NCBI GenBank assembly: GCA_963675915.1 | Contig: OY780959.1 | Coordinates: 570,001-602,000 of the forward strand | Origin: Coprobacillaceae bacterium | Lineage (GTDB): Bacteria > Bacillota_I > Bacilli_A > Erysipelotrichales > Coprobacillaceae | Direction: 5' to 3' | DNA: 32,000 nucleotides | Part shown: positions 24,314 through 32,000 of the stretch, piece by piece | Position numbering within the stretch: position 1 is the stretch's first letter | How the letters are laid out: each line of letters opens with the position of its first letter | The notes under the pieces: model-generated | What the model was told of the DNA's origin: nothing | The model's database searches: none | What the model saw: only the letters and a program-made list of their open reading frames with translations | Translations under genes and position numbers: made by a program

Positions 24314-26344
24314 GTGCAAAAAATATTAAATGTAACAATCGGTTTTGTTGTAGTATTTCTATTCGTTTATCTTATTGGAATCAATATTGTCAATGTGGCG
24401 TACTTCGGGATCCTGGAATGGACATTCGATTTCAATTTGCTTTTCTTCAATAATCAAAACAACTATTTTTATATCCTAAGCCTAATAGCTGTTATTGTAT
24501 GGAGCAATATCGTCTATGTCCAATTTTTCAATCGTAAATCAAAAGCTAAAAACAAATTATCCAAGGCTGATTTAAAACGAGCTAGTCATAGTGCGACAAT
24601 GAAGGAGACTAAGCGATATCTGCTTAGAATCAGGTTTGATAAGGAGAAAATCATATTCACTATTCATGATCGATGGGATGTATTTTGTTCTAACAATATC
24701 TACAGGAGAATGATTGAACTGGAAAAATGGTTGAAGTCTACTATGAAGGTGGATAATTCCAAGAAGATATTTATTTTGTCAAACTTCAATCATAAACATC
24801 CGATATCGAAGAAATATTCAATTAATGGCAAAGAGACCTATAAACGAGCCGGGTTACCGGTGATCACATATAAGAATGAAGCCTGGGTTAATGGTGGTGA
24901 CGAACATTCATTGATAATTGGGACTTCGGGATCAGGTAAATCTTGGTCGTTGGTCCTCCAATATATTGAGTTGTGCCGTTTGGCTGGCGAGAACATTCTT
25001 GTCAATGACCCTAAAGGTGAACTTGCTTTAGCAACCAAAGACAAGCTCAAACAATCTGGATATGAGGTTATCATCCTGAATTTTGTGAATCCTGAATACA
25101 GTTCGGGCTGGAATCCGTTGGAACAAGCTAAAAATGAATGGATAAAAGCAGAAGAATATTTCAATGACAATTTAAAGAAGTTTAATGAAGATATGGAATT
25201 GTTGATAGCGAAATATGATTCCCTGGGATTGGATTTGCCTGATGAGATCATTGCCAAAGAACCAAAGCGTCCGGACTATTCAAAAGCAGTCGAGCTTCTA
25301 TATGACGTGGCAAACACATTGTGTTTGGAGCCAAATTCGAAGGATCCGATATGGTCCAATACGGCCAGAAATATGGTGGTTGGAGCGGCCTGCTTCATTC
25401 TTGAAGATGTTAAACTTCGCAATAATTTGAACTTCTCAAATATCAAGAGACTGATTGAATCGGATTCTAATCATCTAAGAGCGTACATGATCAAGCATCG
25501 AAATCCTGAAGATACTTCAGTCAAGGTATTGGAAGGCTATCTGGTTTCACAGGATAGCACCAAGTCGTCGTTCGACACCACCTTCCAAGATAAGATCGCT
25601 CCGGTAACTCAAAACGAAGGAATCGAAAGAATTCTGGCCAACAATCATGTTGATTTTAATAGTCTTGGAGATAAAAAGACTGCGATATTTTTAGTGATTC
25701 ACGATGAGAAAAAGACGTACCATTCTTTGGCAACAATGTTTGTCAAACAGGCATATGAGGCATTGATCAGATGCGCCAGAAAAAGCGACAATCTGAGATT
25801 GAAGATTCCAATGAATTTCATTCTGGATGAGTTCGGAAACATGCCTGCATTGAAGGATGTAGACACGATGCTCACGGCGGCCAGATCAAGAGGTATCAGG
25901 ATTACCATGATTGTTCAGGATTTGCAGCAGCTCAATGAAAAGTATGGTAAAGATGTGGCAACCACGATAAAGGGCAACGTAATGCTCACGGCTTATCTTT
26001 TGAGTGGTGCCAATGAAACGCTCAAGGAAGTCAGTGAATTGGCTGGAAAGCAATGGAATTATAACAAGGATAAAAAGGCATGGGAGTTGACACCTTGTTT
26101 TACGGTTGATCGCTTGAAGCATTTTCAACAAGGTGAGGCATTGTTTCTATTTCAAAGAAGGCACCCATACTACACCAAGCTATTGGGTTATGATGAATTC
26201 GTTTTTTATGATTCACAAACGAATAGCGATTTTGATGCAGTGCCTAAGCAGGATGTTAGATTCGTTAACTTCAAAGCGATGCTGACCCCCAACAGGATAA
26301 AAGGCTCGACAAAAACACGAGCGAAGGAGATAAGAAATGATTAA
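24314..26344 (+). CDS. virD4: VirD4/TraG-family type IV coupling protein (GTG start)
   Basis: GGAGGTGA RBS. Two N-terminal TM helices. Walker A GTSGSGKS. Walker B FILDEFGN. AARSRGIRITMIVQDLQQL. Confidence 0.85.
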   Translation: MQKILNVTIGFVVVFLFVYLIGINIVNVAYFGILEWTFDFNLLFFNNQNNYFYILSLIAVIVWSNIVYVQFFNRKSKAKNKLSKADLKRASHSATMKETKRYLLRIRFDKEKIIFTIHDRWDVFCSNNIYRRMIELEKWLKSTMKVDNSKKIFILSNFNHKHPISKKYSINGKETYKRAGLPVITYKNEAWVNGGDEHSLIIGTSGSGKSWSLVLQYIELCRLAGENILVNDPKGELALATKDKLKQSGYEVIILNFVNPEYSSGWNPLEQAKNEWIKAEEYFNDNLKKFNEDMELLIAKYDSLGLDLPDEIIAKEPKRPDYSKAVELLYDVANTLCLEPNSKDPIWSNTARNMVVGAACFILEDVKLRNNLNFSNIKRLIESDSNHLRAYMIKHRNPEDTSVKVLEGYLVSQDSTKSSFDTTFQDKIAPVTQNEGIERILANNHVDFNSLGDKKTAIFLVIHDEKKTYHSLATMFVKQAYEALIRCARKSDNLRLKIPMNFILDEFGNMPALKDVDTMLTAARSRGIRITMIVQDLQQLNEKYGKDVATTIKGNVMLTAYLLSGANETLKEVSELAGKQWNYNKDKKAWELTPCFTVDRLKHFQQGEALFLFQRRHPYYTKLLGYDEFVFYDSQTNSDFDAVPKQDVRFVNFKAMLTPNRIKGSTKTRAKEIRND

Positions 26345-27761
26345 TGAAATTTCCAGTCAGGAAGAAAAAAAACTGATTGATGAATTGTACAAGGATTATG
26401 GAATTATTAAAAGAGAAATGATCAAACTTGATATTGAGGTCCTGGAGTCAATTCAAGATAAGAGCATCACCAATCAGAAGTATGTTGATTTGCAGAGTAA
26501 AGTCATAGATTACAGTTTAAGCGGTAAAGAGCGAAGCTTGTTGAAATTAAAGGAGTGTTGCATTGTCGGCGGCGGATTTAGAAAGTTAAACTGTGAAGAT
26601 GCCTTATTTGTCAACTGCGAGTTTAGTGATTCGAACTTCATCGATTCAGATCTTCGAAATGCCAAGTTCTTCATGTGCAGTTTCAAAGATGTAAAATTCA
26701 CCAATATGCAATTGGATAATGCCGTCTTTATTGATTGTACCTTCACGGAGTGTAAAATGACTTCATCTTCGCTGGAGGATGTCAAGTGGCTAAAAACCAA
26801 TTATCGCGATGCGGGAATCGTTGATGATAGCAAAAGTTTCAACAAATGCAATACTAACTCAATGGTGGCAGTAAAAGCCAAGGACCAAGTCGGATTAAGC
26901 GAAGTGGTGGATACGACCAAACCGATAACTTTAATGCAATTGTCACCAACTATCATAAAGGACAAGTTGTTTAAGGATGAGACTATTGAGATCCAGGACA
27001 TGATTCTGATGAATTTCATTGATTGTAGATTCGAAAATGTCGTTTTTAATGATGCCCAGGAATTCGGACATGATTATGCGATTGATCTTCGACTTGACCT
27101 AAACCGTTGTACTTTTTTAGATTGCCATTTCAAATGCAAAGCACTAACCAAATGTTATTTAACTGAATGCAATTTTGAAAATACTGGGTTATCCACTTCA
27201 TTTATCAAGTGTGTCTTTAATAAAGTTAAGTTTGAAAATGTGGAAGTATCAAGGGAATCTATTTTTAATTATTCGGTATTCGCAGATTGTGACCTGGGTG
27301 AATGGAGATACAAAGACCATGATCAAGCCAAAATGAAAGGAACGTGGTTTTCTGGCAATTGTGCTGATGATCAAGAAATAATAGCATTAAAGAATCAGCT
27401 TTTTGAAAAAAGCAAAGAAATTGAATTGGCCAATCAAGAGAATATCAAGTTAATAGAGAAAAATAGGGAACTTAAAAGTCACAAGGACAATGAATACAGC
27501 GGAAAAAAACTGGCAAGTAAGATATTAGGAATTCTTATTGAAAACGATGATAAATTGATTGATCAGTTTATTCCTGAGGTTGAAGAAGCAAAGTTTGACG
27601 ATGGAATGGCAATCGATTATCTTAGTAAGCTGGATGAAGTGACTAGGTCCAAGTTATTTGCAGCCACTTTTATAAGAAAGGAGGAACCAAGTGAATCAAT
27701 GAGCCAAGTCCAATATGAAAAAGGTGTCGATAACCAATATTTAAATGAGGAAGAAATATAG
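26337..27761 (+). CDS. Cys-rich pentapeptide-repeat protein with two repeat blocks, a coiled coil and an acidic C-terminal domain
   Basis: AAGGAGA RBS and an 8-nt overlap with virD4. Residues 81-150 read as 14 consecutive pentads starting F, C, F, F, F, L, F, F, F, L, F, F, M, L. A second, looser block spans about residues 220-330. Confidence 0.8.
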   Translation: MINEISSQEEKKLIDELYKDYGIIKREMIKLDIEVLESIQDKSITNQKYVDLQSKVIDYSLSGKERSLLKLKECCIVGGGFRKLNCEDALFVNCEFSDSNFIDSDLRNAKFFMCSFKDVKFTNMQLDNAVFIDCTFTECKMTSSSLEDVKWLKTNYRDAGIVDDSKSFNKCNTNSMVAVKAKDQVGLSEVVDTTKPITLMQLSPTIIKDKLFKDETIEIQDMILMNFIDCRFENVVFNDAQEFGHDYAIDLRLDLNRCTFLDCHFKCKALTKCYLTECNFENTGLSTSFIKCVFNKVKFENVEVSRESIFNYSVFADCDLGEWRYKDHDQAKMKGTWFSGNCADDQEIIALKNQLFEKSKEIELANQENIKLIEKNRELKSHKDNEYSGKKLASKILGILIENDDKLIDQFIPEVEEAKFDDGMAIDYLSKLDEVTRSKLFAATFIRKEEPSESMSQVQYEKGVDNQYLNEEEI

Positions 27762-27778
27762 AAATTAGGCGGTTAAAT

Positions 27779-28912
27779 ATGAATGAAGGAAATGTTGATT
27801 TAGGAAAGTACAAAGACCATGCCTTCACACCTCAACAAAGGAATATGATTCGAAAAGGACTGGCTTTGGGCCTTGATGTCAGTGATTACGCCAATACCAG
27901 CTATGACTACCTTCAGATGGAGCAGATACTCCTTTGTAAAATCAAGGGTGTCGATCCCTCGTTGATTTTGGATCCGGACATACCATATAAGGCTATGGAG
28001 AAAACCAGGCTGAAGCTATTTGATGAATTGAAGATTTTTGAATTGGAAAAAGAGAAACTCAATTCTAAACGACAAAAAAGAATGATCACTTTGGCCGTCT
28101 TTCTAATAATGATTTCTTCAGCTGCACTAGTTTTTTATGCTAATAAGGAAATTATCTTAAAATATTTGGGAACTCCGTATTTGGAGCTAACGACAAATAC
28201 GGTAAAGATTGGTTTGTCGGAAATCTCAAGCTTTGACAGTATTTCATATGTGAAGGAATATGCCGATGATTTCGAATTGACTCTACCAAAATACAGTTTT
28301 AATACTGTAGGGGAATATGATCTTCAATACGAGATTAGCAATGGGGTTAAAGACGAGATTAAGACACTCAATGTTAATGTCTTAGATGACATCGAACCGG
28401 TAATCCAGTTGTCAAATACAAATGTTATATTGGAATATGGAAGTAATTTTAATGCAGCAGATTATTTGGTTAAGGCAACTGACAATATCGATGGTGATAT
28501 ACAGCAAAAAGTTCAAATCGATGAAGAGGTTAATACTTCCAAATCTGGAGATTATTTAGTTAGTTATGAAGTTGATGATGCTGCAGGTAATGAAACTCTT
28601 GAAGAGTTGATAGTCCATATTAATGAACAACGAAAGGACGAAGTACAAAACACCACCACTCCTGAAATAAGTCTAAATGGTGATAATGAAAATGAAAGCA
28701 AAAATATTGAAGAAGATGAAAGTGGGGGTGGAGGATCTAAATCAAATAACACTGATTATAATCCTAGCCAATACGATAAGTACTTCGAAGGTAACAGTGT
28801 TGATATATATAATGAGGCAATATTATATGCTAAAGTAATATTTAACAAGTCTCTGGTGAATGGTTATAGTGTGATGCCAACCGGGGAAGGATTTCAAGTT
28901 GTTTTTGAATAA
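27779..28912 (+). CDS. Single-pass membrane protein with a duplicated N-terminal cytoplasmic motif and extracellular Ig-like (DUF5011-type) domains
   Basis: TM helix ITLAVFLIMISSAALVFYA. ATDNIDGD...SGDYLVSYEVDDAAGNE Ig-like motif. Acidic and Gly-rich linker. Confidence 0.65.
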   Translation: MNEGNVDLGKYKDHAFTPQQRNMIRKGLALGLDVSDYANTSYDYLQMEQILLCKIKGVDPSLILDPDIPYKAMEKTRLKLFDELKIFELEKEKLNSKRQKRMITLAVFLIMISSAALVFYANKEIILKYLGTPYLELTTNTVKIGLSEISSFDSISYVKEYADDFELTLPKYSFNTVGEYDLQYEISNGVKDEIKTLNVNVLDDIEPVIQLSNTNVILEYGSNFNAADYLVKATDNIDGDIQQKVQIDEEVNTSKSGDYLVSYEVDDAAGNETLEELIVHINEQRKDEVQNTTTPEISLNGDNENESKNIEEDESGGGGSKSNNTDYNPSQYDKYFEGNSVDIYNEAILYAKVIFNKSLVNGYSVMPTGEGFQVVFE

Positions 28913-28991
28913 TATAATTGTTAGTCTATTATAATTCTTAATTAGCTAACCGGGAACCAACTGTAATTGAATTTTATGAAAAGGAGATGTT

Positions 28992-29412
28992 ATGAAACTT
29001 CTCGAAGTTAAGTTTAAAAATGGAGTTAACGGGAAAATAAAGGATTCAATGCAGACATACATATTTATTTGTCCATTACAAAATGTAGAGGTAGGAGAAT
29101 ATGTTCTTTTAGAAACTAAACAAGGTAAAAAATACAACAATAATGAAAATTTTAGGATTGCTAAAATTGAGAAAATAATTGAAGATAATCAAAAACTTGT
29201 AAGAGATAAGAAACAACAATAATGAAAATTTTAGGATTGCTAAAATTGAGAAAATAATTGAAGATAATCAAAAACTTGTAAGAGATAAGAAACCTTATAG
29301 GTATGTTGTCTGCAAACTTGCTGTTGATGATTTTGAGGAAAGATGTAGAACCATTATAAGATTTCGTAGAAAACTACATAAAATATATAGGAAATTCAAC
29401 CTGGATTCATAG
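28992..29412 (+). pseudogene. Small gene (ancestrally 113 aa) frameshifted by a 79-bp tandem duplication; the current ORF stops at 29222
   Basis: AAAGGAGA RBS. Deleting one repeat copy gives ...LVRDKKPYRYVVCKLAVDDFEERCRTIIRFRRKLHKIYRKFNLDS*, which stays open to 29412. Confidence 0.7.
29134..29291. repeat. Perfect tandem duplication, 2 x 79 bp
   Basis: 29134-29212 and 29213-29291 are identical base for base. A 2-nt AC microhomology follows at 29292-29293. Confidence 0.95.
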
Positions 29413-29581
29413 ATATATTGTTTAAGGTAGTTAAAAATCTATTTTAGCAAATAGTAATAATAAAATGCAGCTATTTTATCGGGATATATGTAGAAATATC
29501 AACATTAGTTTGATACAATGTAACAAATACGAGTATTAGTTCATTGGTGTTTGTTTGGAAAGTAAATGGAGATATAATCAT

Positions 29582-30316
29582 ATGAAATGTTTAAAGCGCA
29601 AATTTTATTTTGCTATGAGGAAAATTAAAAACATTGGGAGAAAAGGCAAAATAGTAATTACAGAGTTGGACGAAGTATCCGATAGATATGTTGATTTGGC
29701 CCCTATTGATAGTACTAATGAAGATCCAGAGTACTCTAAGTCTATTCAAGAATATATTAAGGGGCTTAACTGGGCTCTCAATAATCCTAAAATATTGAAC
29801 ATAGCAATTACGGGTCCTTATGGTTCAGGTAAAAGTAGTTTGATAAATTCCTACATAGATATACACCCAGAATTAAAATTCATCAAAATTTCACTAGCGA
29901 ATTTTGATGAATCAGAATTCGTTAATGGGGGAAACAATAAAGGTAGTGAGGACGCCAGCTTACTGCAAGTCGCAGGAAATTTGACAAATGAAGCTCCAAC
30001 TACGAAACAACTTAAATACGAGAGCACCACTGACAACTTAGATGATGAATTGATTAATGGAATTTTAAGGCAATTGTTTTACAAAGTTGATAAAAATGAA
30101 ATTCCTCAAAGCAGATATAGAAAGCTACAAGTAATAAATAAAGAATTATTATTTTTGAAAATTTTATTGTTTATGATTGTCTGTTTTCTTTTAAGTTTCT
30201 ATGCATTTGAAAATGCTAAAATGACTTTTTTAGGTTTTTTAAAAAATGCGCAAAATAATTTTGGTATAGATGGCTTAAATATATTCATACTTGCATTATT
30301 ACTTCTTGTAATGTAA
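29582..30316 (+). pseudogene. YobI/KAP-like membrane P-loop NTPase, N-terminal fragment truncated by IS insertion
   Basis: GGAGA RBS. Walker A ITGPYGSGKSS followed by HPELKFIKISLANFDE. The ORF ends inside hydrophobic helices, and its TAA stop lies within the IS terminus GTAAGCG. Confidence 0.6.
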
Positions 30317-30341
30317 GCGTCAAATAGAAGGCACCTACAAA

Positions 30342-30370
30342 TGAAAAGAGCCCCAGTGTATAATGGGCTC
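30342..30370 (-). terminator. Terminator of the IS66 transposase gene
   Basis: On the minus strand: GAGCCC, 11-nt loop, GGGCTC, followed by TTTTC. Confidence 0.55.
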
Positions 30371-30409
30371 AGTTGGATATTTACGTTGATGCACTAAAAG
30401 ATCATATTT

Positions 30410-31981
30410 CTATGATTTTTTAGTGATATACAGTTCTTTTGGCAGTTTTGCCCACGGCATTACTGTTTCCAATGATTTTTCATCAGTTATATCCAGATCC
30501 GGCAAACGGTCTAGGATATACTGGAAATAATCATATGGTTTGAGATTGTTCATTTTGGCTGACTCAACCAAGCTGTAAATGTAGGAACTGCTATTGGCAC
30601 CTTTAACTGTATTCATAAACAGCCAATTCTTGCGGCCGACAGTGAACGGTCTGATGATGTTTTCAGCTGCATTGTTGCTGATATCTATTCTCCCATCACT
30701 AATATATGTTCTCAACTTTGATTCTTGATTGTAAGCATAGTTGATTGCTTCGCCTAAATGAGATTTAGGTAGAGCAACCTTTTTAAGTTCATGGATTTTT
30801 TTGAAGAATTCATTCACTTTCTTCAATGACTTTTCCTGCCGAATTTTGGTCAGTTTGTCATAATCGCAATCTTTGTGCTTTCTCTCTATGGCGAACAGCT
30901 CGTTGATCATTGCGAAACATTTATATGTCTCGGTAGACTCAAGATTGACATTTTTAGGAACCAGATCCAAAGCTTCTTTGAATTTCCTTCTAGCATGAGC
31001 CCAACAACCTGCCTGAGTTACACCTTCGACTTTGTCATATGCCTGGTAACCGTCTGATATCAAAACTCCTTTGAAATCTTCAAGGTAATTAACGGCGTGC
31101 TTATGGGCGCGGCTTGGCTCGTAGTTAAACAGTACGTATTGATTGGCTTCGCTTCTGCCAGTCATATAGACCCACATGTATGATTTCGATGATGCCGCTT
31201 TACCTGGTTCATGTAGCACTTGGACGCTGGTCTCATCGGCATTGATATACTGGGCCTTCATCAGCTGTTTATACATGTAGTCAATCAATGGTTTGAAGTA
31301 GTTATTTGATACCCTGATCAGCCAGTTTGACATGTTCTGACGATTCAGATTGATCCTCATTCTTTGATAGGAAACTTCCTGACGGTATAACGGCAACGAT
31401 TTGACATACTTGTCATTGATGATATTTGCCACCAGTGAAGCTGAAGCAATGCTACCGCTGATCAATGGCGTTGGTCCATTAGCTTTGATAATGGTTGCTT
31501 CGATGTCGTTCTTCTCGCAATTGCGGCAGCTGTAGATGTGTTCGACATGATTAATCACTTCCACTTTGGCAGGAACGAAAATAAGTTCTTTGCGAACTTT
31601 TTTCGACATCTCATGCAATTCATGATTGCATTTAGGACAAACCTTTTCATCAGCACTCAAAACATAATCAATCGTAGTGTTCTTCAAGGAATCCAAATCC
31701 ATAATTCTTGATTTCTTTTTGCGCTTATGAGATTTTACTTCGGTGATATTTGATTCATCATTGATCGGTGTTGATTCAAATTCAATCTCATCAAACAAAG
31801 ACAACTGATCAACATGAACTTTTTCAGACGATTGACCAAACAATTTCTTCTGCTGCAGTCTGACCTGTTCCTTGTACCAGCTGTTCTCTTGAGATAATTG
31901 TTCTACTTTTGTATGTAAAGCCATGTAGGATTTTTCTAATTCCTCACGTGACATTTTCTTGATATTAACGGTATTTTTCAT
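30410..31981 (-). CDS. IS66-family transposase (TnpC-type)
   Basis: N-terminal leucine zipper (EELEKSYMALHTKVEQLSQENSWYKEQV). Zinc finger CPKCNHE...CRNCEKN. DDE region NADETSVQV, LISDGYQAY, CWAHARRKF. Confidence 0.9.
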   Translation of the reverse strand: MKNTVNIKKMSREELEKSYMALHTKVEQLSQENSWYKEQVRLQQKKLFGQSSEKVHVDQLSLFDEIEFESTPINDESNITEVKSHKRKKKSRIMDLDSLKNTTIDYVLSADEKVCPKCNHELHEMSKKVRKELIFVPAKVEVINHVEHIYSCRNCEKNDIEATIIKANGPTPLISGSIASASLVANIINDKYVKSLPLYRQEVSYQRMRINLNRQNMSNWLIRVSNNYFKPLIDYMYKQLMKAQYINADETSVQVLHEPGKAASSKSYMWVYMTGRSEANQYVLFNYEPSRAHKHAVNYLEDFKGVLISDGYQAYDKVEGVTQAGCWAHARRKFKEALDLVPKNVNLESTETYKCFAMINELFAIERKHKDCDYDKLTKIRQEKSLKKVNEFFKKIHELKKVALPKSHLGEAINYAYNQESKLRTYISDGRIDISNNAAENIIRPFTVGRKNWLFMNTVKGANSSSYIYSLVESAKMNNLKPYDYFQYILDRLPDLDITDEKSLETVMPWAKLPKELYITKKS

Positions 31982-32000
31982 ATCTAGATTATACCAAAAA

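Larger units (their letters stand above)
30313..32000 (-). mobile_element. IS66-family insertion sequence, partial (continues past the window edge)
   Basis: The terminus begins GTAAGCG at 30313 (IS66-family IRs start GTAA). It contains an IS66-type transposase and its terminator. Confidence 0.75.

Noticed and set aside
1-32000. Looked for CRISPR arrays, tRNA or rRNA genes, integrase or att sites, a reverse transcriptase (retron or DGR linked to the repeat adhesin), and a sortase
   Set aside because: None was found. There are no regularly spaced short repeats, no cloverleaf-like GC-rich segments, and no tyrosine or serine recombinase, RT or sortase motifs in any frame.

Overview
AT-rich, Bacillota-type DNA. 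Almost the whole window is one + strand conjugative-element backbone (plasmid or ICE). No replicon, integrase or att site is visible. No rRNA, tRNA or CRISPR array was seen.

Gene order, left to right:
- The 3' end of an Ig-like surface protein.
- A 1499-aa sortase-type wall adhesin built from about 13 Cna-B/SpaA-like domains.
- An establishment-like module: acidic protein, tail-less SSB-like OB-fold protein, small wHTH protein and a VirB2-like membrane protein.
- T4SS core genes: VirB6-like, PrgI/VirB3-like and a VirB4 N-domain ORF.
- An 8.9-kb wedge: a hyper-acidic 37-aa ORF; an ArdC-like gene split by a 3.3-kb Tn552/Tn7-like transposon with clear TIRs and a 6-bp TSD; a HigB/HigA-like TA pair with a consensus promoter and palindromic operator; two Cof-type HAD phosphatases; an RpiR regulator.
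- The rest of the T4SS: VirB4 ATPase, CHAP hydrolase and a lipoprotein.
- A hairpin-rich candidate oriT, followed by a pLS20-style relaxosome operon (two RHH proteins plus a MobL-like relaxase) and a VirD4-type coupling protein.
- A Cys-rich pentapeptide-repeat protein and a membrane Ig-like protein.
- A small gene frameshifted by a perfect 79-bp tandem duplication.
- A YobI/KAP-like NTPase gene truncated by an IS66-family element that runs off the right edge.

The least explained signal is a five-copy GC-rich palindrome (GGTGGCAA-NN-TTGCCACC) that sits at module boundaries of the backbone.
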